Shown here: positions 12,539-23,800 of the stretch, piece by piece
Numbering within the stretch: the stretch's first letter is position 1
Layout of the letters: the number at the start of each line of letters is the position of its first letter
Assembly (NCBI RefSeq): GCF_006345805.1
Contig: NC_042997.1
Location: forward strand, 75,516,001 to 75,580,000
Source: Octopus sinensis
Taxonomy: Eukaryota
Length of the DNA stretch: 64,000 nucleotides
Direction of reading: 5' to 3'
Program-made: the position numbers and the translations under genes
The notes under the pieces: generated by a model
Database searches by the model: none
What the model was told of the DNA's origin: nothing
The model's input: the letters and a program-made list of their open reading frames with translations, nothing else

Positions 12539-12569
12539 TTCCTGTTAATGATGGAAAGACCATACCATA

Positions 12570-12669
12570 NNNNNNNNNNNNNNNNNNNNNNNNNNNNNNN
12601 NNNNNNNNNNNNNNNNNNNNNNNNNNNNNNNNNNNNNNNNNNNNNNNNNNNNNNNNNNNNNNNNNNNNN
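12570..12669. other. Assembly gap (100 N)
   Basis: Seen directly in the sequence. Confidence 1.
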
Positions 12670-12739
12670 TTAAATAAGTACCAGTTAAGTACTGGGGTCA
12701 ATGTAATCGACTTAATCCGTTTGTCTGTCCTTGTTTGTC

Positions 12740-12770
<31 letters not shown>

Positions 12771-12835
12771 GGGAGTATAACTCCAAACTGACAGGGAAAA
12801 ATTCAGTTTAGTATTAAATCAAATTTCACAGTATA

Positions 12836-13949
12836 AATATATAAAATATAAAATATGAATTAGAGATAAAACCACTATTATGCATCTCAAACAGTGATAG
12901 ACATAAACCAATACATAAATAACAAATAATATATATATTCAATATAATATATATATATATATTTTTTTTTTTTTCAAAAAGTATAAAATGAATGATAAAT
13001 ATAATATAATAAGTAAAAACACTACGTACATTTCATGGCTATAATTAAATTCGAATTAAAATTATAGTCAATTTTCAGGTTAATGATAATAGTTAAATAA
13101 ATAGAGTTAAACAATATTTATTTAAGAAATAAATAAAATAATAATTTTTCTTATAGAAAAAACTCCATTATCTAAATTAGAAACTTAAAACATTAGGATT
13201 ATTTCCTACAACCCATTTATTATGTTAAATATTTATTTTTAAGGTAAAAAAAGTAGATAGAAATATGTATTTATCTATGAAGATATAATATGGCCTTAAA
13301 AAAACATAATAAACTCTTGCATATCCTTAACTCAGTTATAGTCCAATATTTAATTACCAAATTATTTAACAAAATAATCAATATTCATATTTTTAGATTT
13401 AAGTTCACATCTAATAATTATAAAATATTTAAAAATAAGTATCTAAATTATAATAAAAAAATATAGTAATTAAAATCTAAAATTTACTCTATCAATAAAT
13501 ATATAAGCATATAATAAAAAATAAATTAATTAATTAGTCCATTATTACTTACATAAATATTATAAATATCGGTATAATATATTTATGAAATACATTTAAA
13601 AATTAAAGATTAAAAATCAAATTAAAAATGTATAACCTATCTTAAAAGAACTGTTTTACTATTTTACGATCTATATACCTCAGTGACTAAGTAATATCTT
13701 ACAAATTACGTACGGAAAACCGTGTCATTGACTAAAATTTTAGTTAATGACACGGTTTTCGAAAGCTAAATAAACCTTTTCTATTTAAGATATTTTAAGA
13801 AGTTTTATTGTATTGTATTGTATACTATATAACTACTGATTGTTAATTTGAATCTATAATTATTTAGTTATTGATATGTATTTAATTATTAGATTATGAC
13901 TGTACTTATTATATATTTATCATTCATTATATACTTTTTGAAAAAAAAA

Positions 13950-13991
<42 letters not shown>

Positions 13992-14097
13992 TATATTAAT
14001 TATATATATTATTTGTTATTTATGTATTGGTTTATGTCTATCACTGTTTGAGTTGCATAATAGTGGTTTTATCTCTAATTCATATTTTATATATATA
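12836..14097. mobile_element. AT-rich element with ~180-bp near-identical inverted termini (MITE-like or PLE-derived fold-back)
   Basis: 12836-13013 (TATGAATTAGAGATAAAACCACTATTATGCA...) is the reverse complement of 13905-14097. Confidence 0.7.
13715..13760. repeat. 46-bp palindrome with one mismatch
   Basis: GAAAACCGTGTCATTGACTAAAA|TTTTAGTTAATGACACGGTTTTC. Confidence 0.95.
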
Positions 14098-14482
14098 AGG
14101 AACTGGATATCAAGTAGTGATTCAGTATGACCATTTCAAGTGGCTCCATTTAATTGAACAATGCAGTCATTACACCATTTTAAATGCAGTGCCATCTTCA
14201 GCTGCACAAATAAATAAATGGAATTTTAACAAGTAGGACACATTGATATAATTTTTCTCAAATATTTTAACAGAGCAAAGTGATGGAAGTATTTCATGTT
14301 GTTGCTGTTGTAGGTAAGAATAGACTGCAACTTCTAAGAATCTCATGGAGCATATTGAGGTCATAGGGTTGTAAGGGATTGTAATTCATTTCTAATTCAT
14401 TTATCTCTTTATCAACTACTAAATCTAAGACTAGAAGACCGTGTCTATTTTAAATATACATATACATACACGTGTTTATATA

Positions 14483-14750
14483 TCATCATCATCATCGTTT
14501 AACATATGCTAGCATGGGTAGGATGGTTTCACAAGAACCACCCAGGCAGAAGCCTGCACTAGACTTCTGTGACCGTTTGACAGGATTTTTACAGTTGGAT
14601 GTCCTTCCCAATGCCAACCACTCGGCAGAGTGAATTTCATGCTTTTTACATGTTATAAGCTCAGGCGAGGTCAGTTTTGGCAAGGTTTTTACAGCTGGAG
14701 TCCCTTACAGTGTGGACTGGGTGCTTTTAAGTGGCACCTGCACTGATAGG
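14483..14750 (-). mobile_element. RTE 3'UTR fragment or RTE-tailed SINE
   Basis: (GAT)n tail and CCATGCTAGCA motif shared with the 3' end of the intact RTE. Confidence 0.7.
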
Positions 14751-14811
14751 GTCACCAAGACAAAACAAAAAAAACTTTCAAGAGGGGAAGAGACATTGGA
14801 GGAGGGGATAT

Positions 14812-14977
14812 ATATAGGTGCAGGAGTGGCTGTGTGGTAAGTAGCTTGCTTATCAACCACATGGTTCTGGTTTCAGTCTCACTACATGGCACCTTGGGCA
14901 AGTGTCTTCTACTATAGCCTTGGACCAACCAAAGCCTTGTGAGTGGGTTTGGTAGACAGAAACTGAAAGAAACCCCT

Positions 14978-15034
<57 letters not shown>

Positions 15035-15233
15035 ATGTATATGTTTGTGTCTGTGTTTGTCTCCCACCATTGCTTGACAACCAATGCTGGTATGTTTACA
15101 TCCCCGTAACTTAGAAGTTCAGCAAAAGAGACCAATAGAATAAGTGCTAGACTTACAAAGAATAAATCCTGGGATTGATTTGTTCGACTAAATGCAGTAC
15201 TCCAGCATGACTGCAGTCAAATGACTGAAACAA

Positions 15234-15235
<2 letters not shown>
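14812..15235 (+). mobile_element. tRNA-derived SINE, near full length
   Basis: GGAGTGGCTGTGTGGTAAG head, core, internal microsatellite and tail. Confidence 0.85.
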
Positions 15236-15274
<39 letters not shown>

Positions 15275-15355
15275 TACGTTTAGATATATGCATATATATA
15301 TATATATAGCATAATTAAATCTCAGAATGAGATTGAAACAGTAATCGCTCGATAA

Positions 15356-15555
15356 TGTAAAGTATAGAAGCCATCTTATCATGGCTAACCACATTGGGGA
15401 GGGGGTGTTACTGTAGCTTTATAGCCCCAAGAGATATTCGTCTGATATTGTGTCTAAAGCCAGCTAGAGACGAAGATCTCTTGGGGCTATAAAGCTACAG
15501 TAACACCCCCTCCCCAATGTGGTTAGCCATGATAAGATGGCTTCTATACTTTACA
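15356..15555. repeat. 88-bp arm inverted repeat, 87/88 match, 24-bp spacer
   Basis: 15356-15443 versus 15468-15555. Confidence 0.95.
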
Positions 15556-16201
15556 ATATATATATATGTATACATGTTTATGTTTTCGTATATATATGTG
15601 TATGCTAATACTCTCATAAGCATGCGAGTGTTAACTGGAATATGTACTCTTTTAAGTTTATATATATCTCTATTTATTCAGAGATTCATGTTTGTCAGTT
15701 TCTATATATTTATTTTTTATTCTCTTTTTTTATCATTTTTTGTTTCTCTTGTATGTAAATCAGTTACAGTTTCCTGAGTACCATTTTGTACCTGACTATT
15801 TGTGTAGACCATTTTAAAATCAATTATCTATCATAATTACATATTTACATAAACGATGTTTTATGTCAGTGAAACAGCTGTTGAACAGTATGTGAAATTT
15901 ATTCTTTTTTACTTTTTATTCTAAATATATTGATCTCAACAATCATTTTAACCATCTCTGTATATTTGTGTAAATTAGTTTCACTAGGATTTACTACATT
16001 GTAATAAATGTGTTGGAGATTAACAATATATTATTAATTAAACTCTTAATTTCCGTGGGTTTTTTTTTTTGTTCATACATCAATTTTATACATCCCTCTT
16101 TTACACACACTTTCATAAATATATATGCAGTAATTAAATAACTTGAAATTAAATTGGCTAATAGATAAGACACAGTAACTTCATTTAATTTACTCTTTTA
16201 G

Positions 16202-16311
16202 GAATTTTATTCTGACCTCAAGAACAGCATTGGAGAAAAACAGAAATTGCCAAAAGATCTGGTGCTGCAATCTTTAACAGATGTTAGTACTGACATATTT
16301 AATAAGCTCAG
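16202..16311 (+). CDS. Candidate internal exon of an unidentified host gene (EFYSDLKNSIGEKQKLPKDLVLQSLTDVSTDIFNKL)
   Basis: Acceptor TTTACTCTTTTAG| and donor CAG|GTTAGT (alternative GT at 16283). Only one frame is open. Sequence is non-repetitive. Confidence 0.5.
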
Positions 16312-16395
16312 GTTAGTTTTTTACTATTATTGTGTAAATGTTTTACGACATGGAAGAAAAATATGTTTATACCATATTATAACTCTTTTTTTTAG

Positions 16396-16470
16396 TTTGA
16401 TGATCATTTGAGTAAAACTATAGTTGCTCACTCTTACTATAAAGAAATACCAAGAAAATTTGTGCAAGAG
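16396..16470 (+). CDS. Candidate exon (FDDHLSKTIVAHSYYKEIPRKFVQE)
   Basis: Acceptor TTTTTTTTAG| and donor GAG|GTAGAT. Phase fits only the 16283 donor of the previous exon. Confidence 0.35.
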
Positions 16471-16706
16471 GTAGATTGTATGAAGCATCTCTTATTATAA
16501 AAGGCAGATTTTATCTGCCTCCCTTTGTCTCTTATAGAAATCTACAATATAGGATTTCTTCAATTACAATTTACCTAGCATTTTTAAGAGTAGAATACAT
16601 CGGGTCGTGCCAGGTCCGGTTTTTAAAATTTCAACCCCAATTAAGCAAAATTTCGAGAAAACTCACATTGTGGTGTGTAAGTCAAGTGCTTTTCTTAGTG
16701 TGGGCT

Positions 16707-16748
<42 letters not shown>

Positions 16749-17901
16749 CAGCGATCTGCTTCACTCACGCTATCACCCTAATTTCTCCTCCTTTCTCTTT
16801 GCAAGTGTGCAACGATTAAAGTGAAAGTATTTATATAAAACGGATCACTCATGCTATCACCCTAATTTCTCATACTTTCTCTTTGCAAGTGTACCTTAAA
16901 CCACTACTAAAAAAAAAAAAAACACAGCAAACAGAAACAAATAAATACATAACGATTTACTCCTCACACAATTTCTTCAATTACAGTTTACCTATGATTT
17001 TTACAAGTACTTCCATTCGGTCATGCCATACAAAATTTCTTTCAATTTCACTCCCAATTAAGACAAAATTCGAGAAAACTCAATATTTTAACATTTCACT
17101 CCGAAAGCATTGATGTACATGTGTGTGTGTGCGTGAGTGTGTGTGTGTGTGTGTGTTTAATGGGGTGTGCGACACAGAAAGTGTGGTGTGGAAGTGAAGT
17201 GCTTTTGTTAGTGTATGTAAAGAGACAGAGAGAGTAATGTTGTGCTGTGTGTGTATGTGTGAAAGACAGAGATAACTGAACTTCTTTATTCACTTTTTGT
17301 AGTGAGTGACTGAGAGAGAAAAGAGAGAGAGAGGTTATGTATGTATATATGTATGTATGGCTTCAGTGACACACACACAAAAACAAATACCTACGTACAC
17401 CTAAAGCACGCACACACACACACACAAGCGGAGTGCGAACTTCAAAAGAACTTCGCGCGCTATCTATCTGGTTTGCCATTCCTCACACACACGCATACAC
17501 ATACATATATGACAGTGACAAACACAAACGTTTCAAACAACTACATACAAACACTCAAACATACACACACGTGTGTGTTTGTTATTAGTAAAAAAGGCGC
17601 CAAACACAACTCACTTCTCATTCGAACACATTTGCAAAAACACACCGACGGTCGGATTGCCATAACAATACAGAAAAGGTAAATTGGTTTTTAATTTACT
17701 TTCTGTCGTTAAATTTTGGTAGTATTAATTGGCGAGCGTACTTCTGTTGTCAATTGTTGACAGAAAGAAATTGTAAGCTAATAATGTGTGTGTAGGAAGT
17801 GAAGGATAAAAATATTGCAAGAAGTGGACAGATGTACATATATACATCCATACATACATGTGTGTGTGTGTCTATGTATGTGTATTAATGTGTGTGTGTT
17901 A

Positions 17902-18259
17902 TCTCTATATAAAGCTGAAGTTGTCTGTGTGCGCCACATTTGGTAACCTTCAACTAACACTATCTCCTCCGAGACCCTGCAGCGCAAGTTGACCAAAATT
18001 GAGAGTGTGATAGAAGAAGGGTTGCTCTTCCTTCCGTAGAACATAAAATTCAAATCGGACCATGTTAACACCAAAAATTATTTACATCAAAAAGCTGCTT
18101 TTTTCTATGAAAATCCCTATTTTTTATGATTTTTTCACTGCTGTGTCGCCACTTTTCGGTATATTTCGACCAGAAAAATGTTCACAAAATTTTTACTTTT
18201 CAAAATTACAATTCCAGCGGGTCGAAACAAACCCGAGCAACGCCGGGCGATACTGCTAG
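17902..18259 (+). mobile_element. Non-autonomous Helitron
   Basis: A|TC 5' end, subterminal CCCGAGCAACGCCGGG hairpin, CTAG|T 3' end. Confidence 0.85.
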
Positions 18260-18681
18260 TGTATAATAAAAGTAATTCTGTGCTACAGAGGGATTTTGAC
18301 ATTGAATGTGGAAGCTCCGCAGAATATGAATAAAACTGAGGCAAGCATAATCTTTTGGCTGTATAATGTTAAGCTGCATGAAATGCAGGGCTCAAATGAG
18401 CTAAAAGAGCAACTAAATATTAAAAGCATCAGCCAGAATGTAAAGGAGAGACAGTGCTGGTATGGAGAAGGAATTTTGTGGAGAATATCTCTAAAAGATT
18501 AAAACTCATTTGTATTCACATTTCATGGCCACTTTACTCTCAAAATATTTTCCCATTATGCACCAGTTCGGCTGTGTAACATTGCAAGGAAGCAAGATTG
18601 AACTTCATTTTCAATAGTATATAGATTGGTGATTGATATCAACCACTAATGTTGATTATTTGCATCTTTTTTCTGATTCAG

Positions 18682-18730
18682 GAATCAGGCCTCTTTAAGA
18701 ATAGAATTATTTATTACACATATGTATAAG
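18682..18730 (+). CDS. Candidate exon (NQASLRIELFITHMYK)
   Basis: Acceptor TTTTTTCTGATTCAG| and donor AAG|GTATTG. Phase-compatible with the 16311 donor. Confidence 0.35.
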
Positions 18731-19259
18731 GTATTGGTATATATCAGGCAACATAGTAGTGGTCTAGTACAGAATGATAACAGGATAATGCTGTTGTACG
18801 ATGGTGAGAAGAGTTGCTATGCTAAGAGAAGTAAAGCTAAGTTATGAAGTATGAACAGGTAGAAGGAAGTGATACTTGAGAAGTAGCAATTAGCAATGGG
18901 ATAACTAAAAGCTAAGAATGAAAGATGACAGAATTGAACAATGAAAAGAAAACTATGGAAAATGTGGAAAAATGACAAAATGAAAAATTTAAAAATTAAA
19001 ATTTAAAAGATAACAAGAAGCTGAGATAGTGTGAGAGGTTTTAATATATTACGTGAACAGTCAGGAGGCCTTTGGAAATCCTCATTTGAAAATCCCAGAA
19101 AGTTTTTTTTTTCTTCAAAAATTCAAAAGGTCTAAATTGTTTTTTGAGAGGTAGGTAGATAGATAAAACATATCTGGAAGCATGAATCTCAACAGGCACA
19201 CATACAGAAGCTTCCTAGCACACAACTCCTCCACACCACAGTTCTGTTGCCTAATAAAA

Positions 19260-20770
19260 AATAAAGAAGCAACTCAAAGTATGTCTGATTGTCACCAGCA
19301 CAAGATCCCCTCTCTGGAAGCTGGAATGGCTTGTAGCATGGCTACCTAGGCCACCACTGGCACAGATACCAGCACACCTTAAGAACAGCTTGCAACTCAT
19401 CGAACTGCTATGTGGGCTCCTGCCCAGAATTGTCTCAAACAATGACTATGCTTTTAACCTGGATGAATGGTCCTTGTATACCAGCATATCACTGGCTGAA
19501 GACATTCTAACAATCCAAGAATGACTAGAGTGAGGCCAGACGTTGACCAAAGACTTCCCACCAGCAGGCCTCAAATCCATCCTAGATTTCTGCACTGGTA
19601 ACACATACTTCCGGTACAAAAACACCACATACCAACAATGCAGCAGCCTTCCAACAGGATCCTGATTCAGTGGCATCCTCGTCACCCTTACCCTAGACAA
19701 ACTGGAGTACCAAGCACTCCATGCAGGACAATACATCATCCTATATCGAAGATACATCAATGATGCCTCTGTCTTAACCAAATCCAGGGATCAGGACCCT
19801 TAACGTCTTTAACAGCCTCCACCACAACAGCCAATTCAATGTTGAACACCCAGACACAAATGGCCTGCTGAGTCTCTTGGACGTCACATCAGGACATGCC
19901 ACAATCCACTTCTTCAAGAAAGGAGAAGAAAGACATTTTCCTCCTTTCTGATTCAGCATATTCACAGACGTTGAAACATAATGAAGTTTTTAATGAGTTC
20001 ATCTGCCACATATACAGATGCAACGAGGCTGATGTAAAAGACAATGTAAGGGCAGATTTTATCAGGATGCTGTACAGTAGAGGATACAAGCCCAGGTTCA
20101 TAGAGAAACAACTACCGACAAACCAATGACATTAATAACAACAACAGAAGGAAAGGGGAAAGTAAACAAAGTGAAAGGGAAAGAGAAAAGCAAAAAGGGT
20201 TAAATGGCCATATGTCAACCTTCCATACTACAGAGAATGGATTGCAAACAAACTAAGGAATGATGTCAGAATCATAAGGCAAGGTCATATCCTCAGACAC
20301 TACCTCTCCCACAACAACAACATACAGAATATATGCTGTCTGAACCACTTCCCCATCAAAACCAAACAGTCAGCCAACAATGACTTGTATTAGTGGAGAT
20401 AAATGTATTGGATTGATTAAACGACACCTTCATGTCAGAGTGGAAGAACATTTTCACAAGGCCATGACACCCAGTGCTGTATTCCCACACCACCAACACT
20501 GCAATGGGGAGTTCTCCACCTGGATACTGGCCAGGGGAACAGATGCAGTCAACCTTCAAATAAAGGAGGCACATTTCATCAAGAAGAAGGTGCCCAGCCT
20601 CAATTGCCAGAATATATTTGATGGCTGGAAGTTCATTTACTGCCTTTGAAGCCTCTAACCAGCACCAGCTGTAATAAATGCCAACACCAGCAGTAGTAAA
20701 TGCCAATGCTAGCAGTAATAACCATGGAAAGTCTGATGAAGGATTATAGATCCAAAAGCACTTATTTAAC
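19260..20770 (+). mobile_element. Decayed Penelope-like element (RT + GIY-YIG)
   Basis: LDFCTGNTYFRYKNTTYQQ..LPTGS, YRRYIND, and CIGLIKRHLHVRVEEH..LQIKEAHFIKK..PSLN. HHR remnant at the 3' end. Confidence 0.8.
20729..20763 (+). ncRNA. Degenerate minimal HHR
   Basis: AAGT-CTGATGA-A-GGAT-TATAG-ATCC-AAAA-GC-ACTT. GAAA has become AAAA and stem III is incomplete. Confidence 0.45.
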
Positions 20771-20833
20771 CCATTAACTCAAGAACTAGCAATAAGGCAG
20801 ACCACATACAAACAGTAGGTCCTTTCTCTGTAT

Positions 20834-20869
<36 letters not shown>

Positions 20870-21149
20870 ATATCTATCTATCTACCTCTCAAAGAATCAT
20901 TAGACCTTTTAACTTTGAACTTTGATAAATGGAAAATATCTGTCTCTCTATTTACATCTCAAAAAACTGTTAGACCTTTTGAACATTTGAAGAAAAAAAA
21001 CTTTCTGGTTTCTATGGTTAGAGCCCTTGCTCATGCCACTTTCTTCACAGAGTGTACACATGTGTGTATCTTGCAAGACAGAAAAGAAGAGAGGAAACGA
21101 AAAAATCTGCTACTACTAAGAGCAAGTATTTAGAAGTGAAAGGTGTAGG

Positions 21150-21720
21150 TAGGTGGCTGTATGACTGATGTTGAAAGGCTAAAGTATGATAGAGGGACAA
21201 GCACAGGTGTCCTGCTATAGAGGAGGTACACGGCTGAAAGAAATAAGAGGAAGATAGTGATGGGGTGCTAGAACAAACTCTCAAAGAACAAGGAAGTGAG
21301 CATGAGAGAGTGGATACTTTCAAATATAGTTTGAAGGGAGTAAACAGGTGGAGGTAGAGATTAATGTAGAGGAGAATGAACTAGGATGAGGGTGCAGATG
21401 ATGGGAAATAACCATTATGTATAGGGGTAAGGTGGGATATATAGAAGTAGCCCAAGAAGGCTAGAACAGTAAGTAATAGGATGATGTGCAAAGTGTAGGA
21501 GCAGTGGAGAAGGAGATATAGAGATTTAGGAGCTGTGGTAGGTGGCTCATGATAGTAGATATAATAGTTGAAGAAGGTACTTTGAATACCCAGAAATGGG
21601 GTGATTGGTTGAAATAGTGTTGGCAGTGATGATGAGGAATGGAAGTGGGGAAGATGAGAGACCATTGTGGAGAAGATGGGATGTACCAATTCTGTGAGTG
21701 GAGAATGGAGTGGGTAACAG
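21150..21720 (-). mobile_element. Highly decayed LINE endonuclease remnant (L2/CR1-like)
   Basis: IYYHEPP resembles IYRPP, and FLGYFYISH resembles ILGDFNIH. Confidence 0.35.
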
Positions 21721-21819
21721 AGCCTTGCATGAACATTCAGGCTAAACTGAGTGGTTTTAGGATGTCATTTTGGTGTGTGCATATGTATGTATACATAAAC
21801 ACACACATGCATGCGTATT

Positions 21820-21990
21820 TCATCATCGTTTAACATCCGTTCTCCATGCTAGCATGGGTTGGACGGTTCGACCGGGGATCTGGGAAGCCAGAAGGCTGCA
21901 CCAGGCTCCGGTCTTATCTGGCAATGTTTCTACAGCTGGATGCCCTTCCTAACGCCAACCACTCTGTGAGTGTAGTGGGTGCTTTTTAAA
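21820..21990 (-). mobile_element. RTE 3' tail fragment
   Basis: Matches 23200-23360. Confidence 0.8.
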
Positions 21991-23800
21991 TAAATAAATA
22001 AATAATAGTAACTGTTGTGATCAGTTCAATACTTGAATGTGTGTAATTTATGCTCATATGAAGACAACATACCAAATATTGGAAAATTTCAGCTACAGAG
22101 TGTGTTAAGATTACAGATGAACATTTCTACATGTTTCAATTATTTGCAGCATATCTATACATAAGATACCTACATTGTATCATATAAATACAGCACTGTA
22201 ATGTTACACACATAAACAAATAAACCAAGTAACATTTCTAAAGAATTCACAAGAAAATACAGTGCTTGATATATATGTCTCAATACAAATGTAGAATTAA
22301 AAATCTGAAAGGAAAAATTACCCAAGCTATGAACAACTTTAAATTTAATTCTGACAAAACTTTTAAAGTAGATCATTGTCTATTCATAGATATTTGTATT
22401 TGTTTTTTAAAATAAACAAAGTCATCATGGCTAAACGCATGTCTCCTTTGACCAAATCATGACTACAGTTACTGTATACAATGGACCTGTGTTCTTAACA
22501 CAGACTTATATGAAGTACATATACAATTTGACTCCTCAAAAGTTTGGTTTTATGGAAAGGCTAAAAAATTCGGGGAATTCCAAACACCCATGATTATATT
22601 TTCACCCAAAATATTTAAATGAAGAAGCAGAATGTATCATTAGATGTAAATTGATGTATCTAACAGAAATGACTGATTCAAAGCAGGTTGGCACTATGAA
22701 GCCAGCCATTGAAGATAATAATCCCACTTCCATTGTTGGGCAGATAGGACAGTCAGCTAAACTTAGCAGTAAACAACACACTAATAATTTGGCTGAAATC
22801 CATATCTATACTGTACAAACAGAAAACCAAAAACTTGTGTATGATTTACAAGTGGTTTGAGATGATATTTTTGAACAGGTCCATAACTTTATTTTGAATG
22901 ACAGGCCTTATAACACTAGTATAAGTAAAGAACCCAATAAATTAGCATTAGAAGCAGTAAATGAAATAGCAAAAAAAATGAAGATCATACAGTCTTGAGG
23001 GATGAAAACAATCTACAAAATCATTAACCTTTTCCTATTATATCTGAAGACTACACAGTCTTGAACTATGAAACCAATCTATAAAATCATTAACCTTTTG
23101 CTATATGTCTCAGCTATTAAATTATTAGCATATTGTGAAGAGTTGAAGCCACACAATTGAAATTCAAGCAGAAAGTCTGAAACCAGTATAACACATCATC
23201 ATCATCATCATTTAGCGTCCGTTTTCCATGCTAGCATGGGTTGGACGGTTCTACTGGGGTCTGTGAAGCCAGAAGGCTTCATCAGGCCCAGTCAAATCTG
23301 GCAGTGTTTCTACGGCTGGATGCCCTTCCTAACGCCAACTACTCCGTGAGTGTAGTGGGTGCTTTTTACGTGCCACCCGCACTGGTGCCAGACAGAGCTG
23401 GCAAACGGCCACGAACGGATGGTGCTTTTTATGTGCCACCGGCACGAGGGCCAGGCGAGGCTGGCAACGGACACGAAACGGGGCGGTGCTGGCAACGGTC
23501 GCGAAACGGAAAGTTCTCTTACATGCCACCGGCACTGGTAACACATCTGCAATTTCCATTGATCGATTTCCATTGATCGATTTCGATTCTGATCCTCACT
23601 TGCCTCAATGGGTCTTCACAAGCAGAGTTTCGACATGCCACCGGCACTGGTAGCACATCCGCAATTTCCATTGATCGATTTCGATTCTGATCCTCACTTG
23701 CCTCAACACGTCTTCACAAGTAGAGTTTTGTGTCCCAAGAAGGGAAGGTATGCATACGTAGGCTGGCTCCATCCCATGTAGAAGGTCACGGGTTGTGGAC

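Larger units (their letters stand above)
11490..12569 (-). repeat. Tandem array of ~400-bp HHR-bearing units (retrozyme-like), 2.7 copies running into a gap
   Basis: CAAAGATAA(A)TGCGATAC recurs at 11496, 11900 and 12303. Units differ only by small indels and substitutions. Confidence 0.92.

Noticed and set aside
12770-14100. Mitochondrial control-region NUMT
   Set aside because: Very AT-rich, but no tRNA, rRNA or mitochondrial ORF is recognisable. The inverted termini explain it better.
14100-14313. Host exons at 14100-14232 and 14274-14313
   Set aside because: Splice-like signals exist, but the implied intron is only 41 bp, the phases conflict, and one acceptor lies at an inverted-repeat end.
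15440-15485. HHR in the loop of the 88-bp hairpin
   Set aside because: The core reads CTGATAT and there is no matching stem I.
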